A stretch of 64,000 bases of DNA, from positions 5,243,741 through 5,307,740 of the forward strand of contig MU058636.1 in assembly GCA_013265495.1 (NCBI GenBank), read 5' to 3'. The DNA comes from Vicugna vicugna (taxonomy: Eukaryota). Within the stretch, counting starts at the first letter, position 1. Each line of letters opens with the position of its first letter. Made by a program: the position numbers and the translations under genes. This document shows, piece after piece, positions 51,701-64,000 of this stretch. Under the pieces are notes generated by a model. It was not told where the DNA came from. It did not search any database and was given only the letters and a program-made list of their open reading frames with translations.

Positions 51701-52780
51701 CTTAGAAGCGCATCAGAGGCAGTCTTCATTTCTGTTGCAGTGCTTTTTATCTCTAGCATTTCTATTTGCTTCCTTCTTAGGATTTGCATCTCTCTGCTTA
51801 CGTCATCCATCTGTCCTTCTGTGCTGTCTTCTTTATCCCCGAGAGTTCTCAGCATATTAATTATAGTTGTTTTAAATTCCTGTTCTGATAATTCCAAAAA
51901 TTCCTGCCATGTCTGGTTCTGATGCTTGTTCTGTCTCTTCCAATGATGTTTTTTGCCTTTGGTATACCTTGTAATTTTTCCTTGATGGCTGGGCATGATG
52001 TGCTGGGTAAAAGGAACTGCTGTAAATAGGTCTTTAGTCAAGCGGTGATGAGGTGTAGGGGACGGGACACAATCTATGGCCTGTGATTAGATCTCAGTCT
52101 TTCATTGAGTCTGTGCCCCTGGGCGGTGAACTTCATAAGCGTTTCTGAGTTTTTTCTCCTGTCTGAGGTGGGACGGGATGGAGAGCGTGAGATGGAGGTG
52201 CATGTTTCCTTATCCCATGTGGAAGTGTAGAGTTGACTGGAGTTGGGTACTTCTCTTACCCCAGGTTAGTTAGGCTTTGGTAATACCCCAGTAGCTTAGG
52301 CTCGGGTTAACTAGTTTCTCCTGAGGACAGGCTTTGTTAAGAAGAGCAGAGTGCTCTGGAATATTTCAAAATGGTTTATTTTCTCCTCTCCCTGCCAGAA
52401 TCATGGGGGGATTTTTGTCTGATAGTTCCTGGTGGAGCTCCTGGAGGTAAATCTCACAAAATAGTGGGGACTCCCCTATGACTGGGTCCTCCTGGAGTTT
52501 TAGTTCTCAGAGTTGTCCACACTGAGCCTCTTGCAACCTGTGAGTTGTAGTTCAGGTTTTCCTCCCCTGGCACTGGTTCCTGGTGCGGTGTCCACTCATG
52601 AGTCTTGGCCTGGGTAAGCCCTGACTCCCTGCACTTGTCTCTCTGCCGCTCCAGCTGGGGGGCAGCAGTTTGTCCTGTGTCCTCCCCTCTCGTGGACCCA
52701 AGAATAACTGTTGATTTTTTTAGTCTGTTCAGCTCTTTACTTGTTGTTAGGACGGAGTGATGACTTCCAGCTCATCACCG
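48750..52780 (-). mobile_element. Large degenerate L1: 5' region, ORF1 coiled-coil, ORF2 endonuclease
   Basis: ORF 51604-52041 gives LELSEQEFKTTIINML...EMLEIKSTATEMK...LSRLDRAKEKTSELDD (ORF1p-like). ORF 49513-49836 gives LNSTIHQLDVTDINRPLH...YTFFSSSHGTF (EN). ORF 49027-49242 gives IRAEINE...KINETQSWFFE (ORF2). Confidence 0.92.
51066..51378 (-). mobile_element. Young L1 3' end nested in the older L1, 17-bp TSD
   Basis: TSD tggtgtgttttcttttt at 51049-51065 and 51379-51395; body aacattttttgttgatttataatc...ggtaaccacaagtctgtattctctgtc. Confidence 0.88.
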
Positions 52781-55700
52781 CTAAAGAGCTAGAGACATGA
52801 AGGGAAGAGACAATGAAACGCTGTCGTGCTTATAAAACAAACTGTGGGGCTGCTGTCAACCCAACTGCAATACCATTGCAAAATTTAATCTCTCACACCT
52901 CAGTGGTCTCTTCAGTAAAGCACAAATCTACAAAGTCTGCCAAGGCTTACAACTGTTTATATGATGGACTTTTGAACAGTTGGATCTGGTTCTCTTCAAC
53001 ATCAACCTAAAAGGCTGGATAACATCATCATGATTCACCATCATGGTTTTGTTAAAGTGAAGTGGAAACAGCACGTATCTGATGCATGTAAAGATGACTT
53101 GCACTGCTAATTTTGAAAGTCTTTAAGAGTATTGTGTTAACACAGGAATTTATATTTTTGTTCACAACATTTTGGAATACGAATGACAAGTGAGTGTTTT
53201 ATTTCTGGATACAGTTATGCAATGACAACATCCTCGTAAAACGACTTTGCAAACAGTGAGAGTTGTCAGTGCATTCATGGCGGATGTCTCGCGGGATATT
53301 CATTATCTTTCCCTTCATAACTCTTCCTTCTGTTTCCTGACTTTTCTCCAGTCAGCCCTTGGAGACATTCAGTCATCAAATTCTATGGATTTTTTTTCAT
53401 TCTAATATCGTTAGCATCCACCCTTCATTTGGATACTGACTGCCATTGTCCTCTTTTGAACCTTCCACTTTGATTTTTCTGGTAATCTCTAAATGGCTTT
53501 CTGGCGTGTGTCCATTCTGCACATCAAGTGCTATTTGGATTCGGTCACTCCTCTCCTCAAACACTTTTAATGCGTGTCCCCACTCCCCACAATCAGCTGA
53601 TGTTTGCTCTCATGTCTCCATTCTCATGTCCTCTGGCCTGTTCACCCTCAACCTCACTGAACGTTAGAATCAGCACCCACTCTCTCCTGTCTAGACTGGC
53701 GTGGTTGTCCAGTGTCTTCCACTCAGTTATGTAAGTGCTCTCAGAGGGGACCTCATCTTAGTTGTCTTGTCTTTCTCTAGAATGTATATTAATTGCTTAA
53801 GAAACATTTCTTGTGTGATTAAATGCTTAATGAAGAGGGGTAGAAACTACAGATGGTTCTGTCAAAAGAGCTAACTCTTTTTTTCAGTTACTGAAGCTCA
53901 GTTGAACTCTGTCACCTGGAGATTTGCCAACTGGACTTCTCCTTAGCAATATTTGTGATAACTGGTGTTCATAACGATTACCCCAGGGCTGTACAAAATC
54001 TTGAAATGCCTTCTCAGTCATTTAAAAGATCATATTAAGATGTTTGTTTCTAGTTAACAGATTCATTATATGTATCATCATGGATTTTCCATTAGAAAAG
54101 AATTAAAATACAATTAAAAATCACAGTAATATCACATTGAACACTAATCTTCCTTTGATGATTAGCTCATTCAACAAATAATTAGCACACACTTAATATG
54201 TGCACGTTAATGGAGTTATTAAGCAGGATATTCTACTGTAGGCAATTTATATATATTTGAAATGCCTTGTGCATCAGTTGTGCTAGGTAATGGTTTACTG
54301 GAATTGGCACATAGTGTAATATTTAATCAATTTTTTTCAGTAGAGATTAAGCAAAATATGGCTCTTTAAAATAGTCTATTTTAGAGAGCAATTACTAAAA
54401 TTTACCTATGAAGCCAAGTCCTGTAAATCAAGTCCAGTTCTTGGATATTCCTTTAAAGGTTGTAGAGCTGCTTGGCATCCTGATTTAGTGGTGTCTTCGG
54501 TCTCTGCTTCTGGACATTGAGCAGTGGTGTGTCAGAAGCACTTCTCCCAGCATTTCTCAGTCTGGGGCACATACAATCGTAGCAATACAGATTCTACTAG
54601 ATGCTTCAGGCCCGAGTTCTCATGTGTGGTTATGAATTGGACTCCCCCGGGGAGTTTTAAAAAAACCACTGATGCCTGGTCCCATTTGCAGGGATTCTGG
54701 CTTAACTGGTCTGGGGCGTTGCCCAGTGTCTCTTTCTTTGCCCCAGTGCCCACTGGGTGGGCCTGCCAGCCTCTCCTTTATCCTGCAGCTCAGAGGAGGC
54801 AGTGGCTTCTGCTGTTGCTACATGCTGACTTTCGTCATCGTCCTCTGTTGGCTTCTCAGCTCTTCCGGTGCCCCTGGAACCAACTCTTTACATGACATCC
54901 CCTCTGCAGTAAAATATCAAAGTGGTTCCTCTTTCCCTTGTGCTGGTTTTCAGGGGACCTTGACTAAGACAGCTGGCAGTGAAGACAGGGAAAGTGAATT
55001 ATGCACAGAATGGGGCAACCTTGGACAGCCAGCCCCGGTCCTGGCTGGGAGGGCAGAAGGGGCCCAGCGAGTGGCGAGGGGAGAGTGGGGAGGGCGGGGT
55101 GGCCGTTTCCAGAGGCTGCTCACTCAGCAGCAGAGACACCTTCAGATGGCCTCAACACCAGACCTCATGGGAGAATTTAATGAAATGCTCTAATTTCATC
55201 ATTTTGAAGATTTAATTACCTTGTAATAGGTCACACTTCTATGAAATCCATCAGGGAAGAAGCGAACTTTTTTACTTGATGCCTGTCTATTTGTCTACAG
55301 GGTTGGTTAATCAGCCCTGATTAACCTTTTAGTACCTACCAGTACTAAAAGTGGAAGACACCTAAATGTGAATTTCTTTTTCAATTCAGAATTCCTTTTT
55401 TCCAAACCCTGATGTTTTATGCTTCAAATTCACGACCAAACAGCAGGTGTTTCAAAAGCCTCATCCCAGTTAAAAAAAGAAGCCAACTTCAGAAAATGCT
55501 TGTTCTTTGTCTTGTGCGGGGAAGAGGTGGGGCTCTGATCTGTGTGACTTGCGAGTGCTGTCGCACCGGAGCGCTGCTGACAGCCGCCCTGGGACCCAGG
55601 GGAGCAACCCGGGTCATCAGACGGAAGCCGTGTAGTCACGTGTGTTTGGTTTGTGGGCTGTATACGTGGACACTCGAAGCCCAAGTTCAAGTCAGCACAG

Positions 55701-56009
55701 GGCTGAACACATGCAGACTCAGAGCCCTTCTTTCACACACACACACACGCACTCACTCACACACCCTTAGCTGATCCTACAGTGGCCTTCACCCAGCTGT
55801 ACTTTCTGAATGGCCCCACTGAACTGGATTCTGTTTCTGCACCTTGGTCGGCTCCTTCAGAAAGCAGTAGTGAACGTCCTCTACATTTTACCAAAAACAT
55901 TTATGAGTCAGAGCTAGCATTTCTGTCCTCTTAGGAACGTCACTGCTATAAGCTTAGAAATTGAGCCTCATTTATCTAGAATTGAATAACAATAATAAAC
56001 ACTTGTCAA

Positions 56010-56170
56010 ACCCTATCTCTGCAGGTATGCTATTATCCCTGTTGTATAAGTGAGAAAACTGAGGCCCGCAGAGGTTAATAACATGCCTAAGGCTCACAGC
56101 AGGGACTTGGGGGGTGGTTTGAACAGGCAGGGTCATTGCAGGACCTGCACCCTGAGTTATGCTATGGACG
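56010..56170 (-). mobile_element. MIR SINE
   Basis: gtgagaaaactgaggcccgcagaggttaataacatgcctaaggctcacagc. Confidence 0.75.
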
Positions 56171-56533
56171 GAAGTTGTGTTCATCTTGTTCTAAATGGCT
56201 GAATGAGTCCATAGCTTCCCTGTGCCCAAGCTAATCAGTCCTGGGAACATTAGGGGCTCAGAAAGAGCCAGCAACTAATTTAAGTCATTATGACTTTTTA
56301 GAGTTCAGTTTACATTGGTTTCCTAGAAAAGGTGCCAACTGATTTACAAGAAGAGAGACAACTGCTGGCTTAGAGAGCTGCAGAAAGCCTCTGGAAGGAG
56401 GGACTGTAAATGGCAGGTTTATAAGACAAATTACTTACTAGATTGGCAATAAAAAGTGCATTAAATACTCCAGTCCAAACCACTAGTGGGTGGAAAACCA
56501 GAAATCATCATTGCTATGTGTCGGGACTCCCAG

Positions 56534-57580
56534 GCAGGGTCTGTGTTGAGAAGGGCCCTGTGCTTGGTTTAATGTTCTTCTCTGACTGTCTTGAAATTCT
56601 TAATATAATTTTACGTTTGAACTTGTGGTTTGTGATGATGCTGATGGCACAGTGTGATGCCCACAAGGGCAGCAAGATGCGCCAGTAAGCAGCGCACACA
56701 TGTGGTGGTTGGCGCCCAGTGGGCAGTGCAGGCTCCTCGCTCGCCACTGGCCCAGGACCCTTGTGCGTGACTCGGGCAGTTCAGAGTTCCTGACGGGGTG
56801 GCCAGGACAGGACCTGGGGCCACTTAGTTGGTGGCGCCAGGAGCAGAAGGGGCAATGGGCAACTCCATATGTTGAGGGAAATGTCAGAGGAAATAACTAA
56901 AGTGGCCTTATGTAAATCCATTAATGCAAAGTGAACCTCACACTTATGTGAAATGCATTTGTACAGAGAGTAAAATCTTTTAGAAAAATTATTCCTCAAC
57001 AATCATCAGTTCTAATGTAATAAAAGATATTTTGATATAATTTATCAGAAATTTATCCCAGTAGAATATCCCAAAATAATCCCCACAAAGCTATCATAGC
57101 CTCTAAATTACTCTTAATAGCTCCAATAACAGTTGCATACGCAGAAAGCTCCTTTTCAAAGTTGAAAATTATCAAAAAGTGTTTGTAATCTTGCATTTGC
57201 AAGAGGAACCAATGTTGCTTTCAAGTATATCTACTAAAAATAAAGTTGCTAAAAGTATAGAAATTGATCATCTAATTAAAAAGTTTTGCAGAAAAGTGAG
57301 CCAGAAAAAAATATCTGATGCTCAATCTGGATACCACATGAATAAGTATGAGCATTTATTACATTATGTAAGATTATTACACCAAAATATTATTTTGCAA
57401 ATTTCTAAGTTCATGTTGTTTCTCATGTATCACTATTACCCTTATTCTCTTTTGAAAGTAACAAAATATTTCTAAAGGAAAAATCTTTATGATTTAGTAC
57501 CTTTAATAGCATTTTTTCATGATTTTTAAACAAGGGGCTTTTGTTACCATGTGCACTGGGTCCCTCAAGTATCCAGCCCT
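56534..57580 (+). mobile_element. MER45-like hAT-Tip100 DNA transposon with transposase C-terminal relic
   Basis: Termini cagggtc...agaagggccctgtgcttggtttaatg and aacaaggggc...tgcactgggtccc...cagccctg. 57096-57188 translates IASKLLLIAPITVAYAESSFSKLKIIKKCL*, the hAT dimerisation motif. Confidence 0.85.
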
Positions 57581-58499
57581 GCTCCCAGAGGAAAGAAATG
57601 ATATTATAGAAAAGCAAGGGGGATAAGGTTTTCTTCCAAGAGTCCAAGCTTCCTTTTTATCCAGCCCAAAGCAGAGGGGACAGTTGGCTCAGGGTTGGGC
57701 TGAGAGTGAGTTGCTAGTGAGAGCGGCTCGAGTGAACCTTCTGGCATCTGGAGGGCAAGGTTGGGCGTAGGAGATTCTCTGCTTTTCTTCTGGTTGCCAA
57801 AGCAGCACATTAGGTGTTGAATGACGTTAAAGAAGAAGAAAACCCAAGGAGAATGGATGGGTTTTTTCTCATAGTCACTCCGCTTATAAAAAGTACTGGT
57901 ATATTGGATGTTTATTTTTATTTTCATCCCCTTTTTCTCCTCTCCGGAATTAGAGCTATTTTACTCAGGAAAGGGGGCGTTACGGAAGAGCCAGGTGTCT
58001 GCGACCTTGGGCTGGAGATCTGGATGTGAGCCCAGCTCTGCTTTTTATTGCAGTGGGACCTTTACAAACTACCCATGGCTTCTCCCCTTCATTTTCTCAT
58101 ATGTGCTGGTGAAGGGGACGATGACAGCTGATACATTTTAGTGACACTGCTTTGAGTCACGCTAAGGAAGCAGCAGTTTTACCTACCGTTGCTTTTGTCT
58201 CGTCAGAGTGGATGTCAACACAGGGAAAGAGACACATAGCATGCTAAGATTGTTATGAAAGTGTTTTGATCTTTAGCTCCCCCAAAAGAGTCCCAGGGAC
58301 CTCCAGAGCTGTGCAGCCCACACTCTGAGAACCACTGTTCCCTGGTGTCATTGGGAGAACTGCAACAGCCCGTCCTGAGCGCCAGTGTTGTGGGAGGAGG
58401 GGAGGGCCCCAGAGGAAGAGCCCCCCGAGTCAGGGGACACACAGGACAGGCCCTTACATGAAAGGATTAAAACTTGAACTAAAATATAGCAACATATAA

Positions 58500-59990
58500 G
58501 AGTTATATTTTTTAAAGGCTTTCTGCATGATGTGTGAACTGAAAATGCTGGTGAATGAGTTGAAAGGTTCAGAACTCAATGTTGGGACTTGGATTAGTGG
58601 CCTAGAAACTCAACTGGAAGTAATATTTTAAAACATAGAGCAAAAATGTAAGGAGAAAACAATTATGAGGGGATAAAAAAACTTTTGGAGGATATATCTG
58701 GAAGAACTTACATGTGAATAAAAGAAGATCCAGAGAGCAGAAAAGGAACAGAGGAAGACAAGGCAGTATAATTCAACTAGTAAAAGAAGGAGATGCCCCC
58801 GAGATTAAGAAAGACCTGAATGTGCAAATTGAAATTGTTCCCCAAGTTCCAGGCAGAAGGGATGAGGGAAAAAAGTCACTGAAGCTAGTCTGGAAAATTC
58901 TCAAACTCCAAGAATGAAGAGAAACCATTACCAACTTCTAGACAGAAATAACCAGCTACTTAGAGACTCAGACTGCCATGCAAACGTTCTATATGCAGCG
59001 TCTTAGATAGAAGATGACGGTCTGAGCACTGAGGGAGAAGGTCTGCAGCTCGAGATACCTTAGCCACTCGAGACGTCATTCCTCCTTGAGAAGCGGGGAG
59101 AGCAGGAGGCGCTGTCATCTCTGCACATCACTCGTGCACGTTGGATCCAGAGGAAACTACAAGGAGGAGGACTCTGTGAACAAACAACCATCACCAACAT
59201 GCTGCCATCCCGCCGCCCTCCACCAGCGCCGCCGCCAGAGACAGGAGAGCGTGAGGAGGAGGGGAAGGAAGGCCTGACAGTGCGTATACAGTCAAAGCCA
59301 AATGGACCGTAGCGGACCAGCGATGCATGCCAGCTACTCCAAAGACGAATTCTTAAAATAGAAAGGAGCTATGTAAGGGTGATCCTAATAATAATCTGGA
59401 ACTAAAAGTACTAAACTATCTCAGAGAAATTTAGAAGTTAGGGGTGCAGGGGGAGAAAAGTAATGAAGTAAAGATTTCAAAGATTTTCCCTTGGTCTGGA
59501 TAAGGGCAGAATTGAGAAAAGGAAAGAAAATATTCTAAAAGACTGACCTTATTGGTGTAGATTGTCTTGGTGAAGGAAACAAATTATATCTTGCATTTTA
59601 AAGGTATCACAGTCATATGTGTGTTGTTATGTGTTTTGCCTAGAGACGGGAGGCAAACACTTACTGGAGAGAAAGTTACAGAACAACAGACTAACAAAAG
59701 GAAAAAACAGTGAAAAGAAACCTATGAAAACCAGCAAAAAAAGAAAGAAAGAAAAAGGAAAAATAGGAGACAAGAAAAGAAACCAAAGTGAACACAGAGT
59801 AAACATAAAATTAGAAGAAATAAGATAGACCACTAAAAAAAAAAATGAGGTCATGAAAAATAAGGAAAGTCTGAGAAACACTCACAGCCAAGAGAAGCCT
59901 GAGGGACATGAGAACGAAATGTACCGCAGGGGCCTGGATGGGATCCTGGGGCAGAAAATGGACATTAGGTGAGAGCTAAGAAAATATGCT
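58500..59990 (+). mobile_element. Ancient L1 fragments (ORF1-like; L1MC-type 3' piece at ~59860-59985)
   Basis: A-rich ORF1-like text; cacagccaagagaagcctga...ctggatgggatcctgg...gacattagg. Confidence 0.55.
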
Positions 59991-60267
59991 TTTGTTTTTA
60001 GCTTCAGCAAAGAAGTGGAATTCAAGGCTACAGGACGTCTCAGAACCTAAGGAATGGGATGCAGTGGGGCCTCTGGTTCAGACTTTAAACAGGGACTGAG
60101 GTGCTCTTGTGAGCCAGGAAATTTTCTTTTCCTCCATCTCTGTGAGACTCTGCTTCCTTCTTGCATGTCTGCTTCAGGGTTCCCCGCTGTGGCAGCCTGG
60201 GTTTCCAATCCCGTGGTGGAAAACTGCCCCGATGGTTCCTGAACTGATATCTCCTCTGGTTAAAAGA

Positions 60268-60620
60268 CCATTCATTCATTCACTCAGTCACTCATTCATA
60301 GAAGAAATAGTGATTGCACGCCTACTCTGTGCCAGGCACTGTACCACGTCCAACTCTGTTTTGACGATGAGATAAAGAAACATTATTCCACCTTCATGGA
60401 GGCGACTAGAGAGTAGGGAAGATATTACTTGATTACTAGTGCAAATAACAATAGAATGACAAATAAGACAAGTGTCAAGAAGAAAACATTCTTTGTATTG
60501 TGACTCTGTTCCCCAACTGAGTCTAGGGTGTGAAGGAGAACTTCCTGGGGGAAAGTGACATAAAACTGAGACCTAAGCATAAAATACGAATTACCCAGCC
60601 ACTGGGGACAGGTGTGGCGA
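60268..60620 (-). mobile_element. L2 3' end
   Basis: cattcattcattcactca...cctactctgtgccaggcactgt. Confidence 0.7.
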
Positions 60621-60749
60621 ACACCTTTATAGAAAAGTTTGAAGATAGGCAGAGGGAGAGAGATGGAAAGTTAGCATGTTTACCCTAAGCCTATGGCTAG
60701 CGTCTACTACAAGATGGATTCAATAAATTTCTATTTATTTATTTATGAC

Positions 60750-63270
60750 TTCTAAAGAACATGTAGTTTTTTAATGTCCATGTAATATTTACAAAAATAA
60801 TTGATCATGTTATTGAGCATACAGAAAATCTTAATCTCAAACAGGTAACTTGGAAATCTAGAAAACATTGATGATTTCCCAGGAAAACATAAATTTTTAA
60901 AATTGAATTAAGAAATAGAAATTTTGAATAGTCCAAGCACCATAGGAGAGATTAGAAAAGAGATTAATAATGTATTATTGAAAAAGTTAACAGGATTTGA
61001 TAACTGCATAGCTGACTACTCTTTAACCTTAAAGGGCAAGCAATTCTCACATAATTTAAATTATTTAAGACTACAGAAGAAGACAGACAAGTTCTCACTG
61101 TATTTATGAGGCCAATCTTATTACTATAACCTGATTAAAAAAAAACATTACTGCAATAAGATCAATAGTACCCTAGATGCAAACAATTCAAAATGTGATA
61201 TTAGCTACAATAATCTAGCAATGTATTAACAGACTAATCAACTGTGGCCAAGCAGAGTTGACTGCAAGAATGCAAGGTTGCACAGGGATCAGGAAATCAA
61301 GCAATATGGTTTATTCCATCAATGTATTAAAGCAGAAAAGTAAATGAACGTGTCAATAGATGTTGAAATGCCACCTTGATAAACATTCAGCAGCTATCCT
61401 TAATAACAACTTTAGGAAAATATATACTGGAGGAGCCTTTGTAAGTATGATTAAGACTACAAAACACTGGCAAATGTTATTCTGAATAGCAAACCACTAA
61501 AATGATCAGGAACCAGGTAAGCCTGGCTCTTGCCATTACTATTCAACATTGTCTTAGAGGTTCTAGCAAATGCAGTGAGGAAAGACAGTAAAATAATTTG
61601 TATAAACACTGGGAAAGAAAGGGTAGAACTCTTTTTCTTGATATTATTATTATACTCCTGGAAAACCCAAGAGACACAAGGAAAAAATACTTGAATTGGT
61701 AAGACTGAGAGTTAAAAACATATGTAGAATAATCAGCAGACATCACCTCAACATGAAAATGGGAAAAATTGATTTGTGGTTGCAATAAAATGCAAAGAAG
61801 CACTGGGTGAAGACAACTGTAAAATCCTAAAACTGAGACCCAAACAAATGGAAAATCAGACCAAGTTCTTAGGTGTATAGACTGAAAATAATTGAAATGT
61901 TAGAGCTTCTCAAATTCAATGCATACATATATAGGTAACATTGATATAAAACATTAATTATGATACATACTACAATTCCAATTAGAATCATAACATTTAA
62001 AAATAAAATACAATGACCTTAAAACTTATTTGGAAAAATAAAGAGCTCAAGAATAAAATGCATTAAAAAGACTAGTGAGTGCAGACATTAAAACTTACTA
62101 TAAAGCCACTATAATCAAATATAAGGCATTGGTTTTTGAAATAAATAACCATAGTTGAGGAATTGAATGGAAAACCTCAAAATAGATTGCAAAATACACG
62201 CTATTTTAACCTATCATGAAGCTGATATTTCGATTCAGTGTGAGAAGGAAGATGCTGGCTCAACTGACTACCCATCTGGAAGAAAATAGAAATGTACACT
62301 TTCCTCTACATGTATAGAAATCAATTCCAGATAACTGAAGACTTCAAAGAAAGAATTAAATATAAACATAAATCAATGAATAGATGGATGAATGAATTAC
62401 TTAAATTGCAGAAGAAAATCTAGGAGCCAATACATAAAACTTAGGGTTTATGGCGACTGTTCTTAACCAAGATAAGAAACCAAAAGCTATAGAAAATTTA
62501 AACACGGTCAATGAGAAATTAGAGTTAAAAACAGATTTGCATTACAGATAATTAAAGCAAAGTTAATATCTTTAAAATACTAAGCATTCTTACTAATGGG
62601 CAACAAAAATAGAAAATAGATGTGAATGGACAACTTACCCAAAAGAGGATATAATGGCCATAAACATATGGATACTCAGAATTACCAGTAATTAAGGAAA
62701 TGCAAATTAAAGGAACAATGCAATATCCTTTTATAACCGTGTAGTTAACAAAAACATAATAGAACAAAACCACTCTCTTCAGAGGAGAGGAAGTAGAGGA
62801 AAATGTATGGTCATACTTTGCGGTGAAATGTTAATTGCAATATAGCAATACCTTCTGAAAATAAATATTCACATACACTTCGATCCACCAGTCAAAACTA
62901 TTCCAAAGAAATAAAAATATATAATAATGTAAGTTTATAAGAATATATGTTTATTATTATTACAGCATTATTCATACAGCTAAAATTCTGAAACAAGTGA
63001 ATCCCCATGGAAGAATGGTTGAATTAACCTTCAAAATAAAATTTTTAAAAATTTCATAAAATATCATGCAGCCATTAAATAGGATGAAGTATAGCAAAAT
63101 AGTTAGGATTTCTATGATGTATTATGGAGTGAAACATCTAGCTACAGAGATGTACTGTATTTCTGTAAATAACACTAATAAACAATGATTAAAAGATGTC
63201 ATGTGTCTGTGTTTGTGAATGTGTATATTTGTTTGTAACACTGGGTTGTTAACATAGGCTACTTAGTGTG
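60750..63270 (+). mobile_element. Degenerate L1 ORF2 and 3' region (L1ME-like)
   Basis: caagaatgcaaggttg, ccattactattcaacattgtcttagaggttctagc, aaatgcaaattaaa, atgcagccattaaa. Confidence 0.8.
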
Positions 63271-63274
63271 TCTT

Positions 63275-63328
63275 AGGAAGAAAGGGAGGAAGGAAGGAAG
63301 AAAAGAAAGAAAGAAGGAGAGGAAGGAA
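63275..63328. repeat. Polypurine (GGAA/GAAA) tract
   Basis: Read directly. Confidence 0.85.
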
Positions 63329-64000
63329 CTGAACTATTTAAAAAGCCAGTGTGATCCCTATTTATGTTGTCTTCCTGGAATAATAAAAAGTAAAAGAATG
63401 CCAGCCTACTAGTAGGCAAGCTTCCAGTCACTTTTTAAGCAACCTGACTTTTCTCCCTTATTGTTCCCATAACTCCTATTCTGCCAGCAGTTGTGTTCCA
63501 CTCGGCACACTGGGGAGAGTTCTTTTTCATCTTTCCAGCCTGTTAAATAAACACGGGAGCTCCACGTTTCCTCATCGTTCCATTTGTCAGGTTGTGTTCA
63601 AGCCACAGGAAGAGAGAGACCCTCGCACAGCCATTCTGCCACGCTTGACAGTTTAATGAACCTGCTGACTGTCGCACCAGCTTCGTATTATTAAATATTT
63701 TAATAAAAGGAAAACCAGAAATCTATACACGGGAACGTCTGAAGAACTACATTTATCTTAACTCCTGGAGTTACAGCACGTTAGGAAGAGAAGCAGGGAT
63801 GGTGCCTGCAAAAAGCTTTGCAATGATAACTCTTGACCCTGGGAATGCCAATAAAACTGTGAGACCAAATCTCCAAGGCCAGCTAGTCACTGGGGGAATA
63901 AAGAGCGTCTGCAGTGGCTGTTACTGACTTCTCCAGGCTCCGTCAGATGCCGTCCTGCTGCACTATTTCCCCTCCGCCCCTGACTTTCTCCTCCCTGTTG

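Noticed and set aside
43500..64000. Exons of a neighbouring gene (e.g. STARD13) or a novel coding gene
   Set aside because: No ORF with recognisable non-TE homology. The longer ORFs (47150-47581, 54672-55193) lack supporting features, and the rest are repeat-derived.

Overview
Mammalian genomic DNA, very probably from a camelid, judged by a Vic-1-like tRNA-derived SINE at 38910-39025. It contains the alpha-Klotho (KL) locus on the + strand. The five coding exons are 2618-3361, 33125-33635, 34366-34634, 39486-40587 and 41127-41464. All splice sites are GT-AG, exons 2-5 match the human sizes as recalled, and the frame joins into an uninterrupted 987 codons plus stop. The locus also has a CpG-island promoter, the conserved 50-nt alternative donor for the secreted isoform, and a ~2 kb 3' UTR with AATAAA at 43412. 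The main anomaly is that the ATG and the first 25 codons (most of the signal peptide) are missing: the CATAAA promoter element runs almost directly into codon 26. This is most likely a GC-rich assembly collapse, but a real deletion allele cannot be excluded. The rest is intronic and intergenic DNA full of L1, L2, MIR, LTR and hAT relics. Smaller points are several aromatic-to-Ser changes, a CpG-rich exon 4, template-switch duplications, a double hairpin and a G-rich element downstream of the polyA site. I found no convincing previously undescribed system. Ortholog comparisons and repeat-family names are from memory, not from searches.
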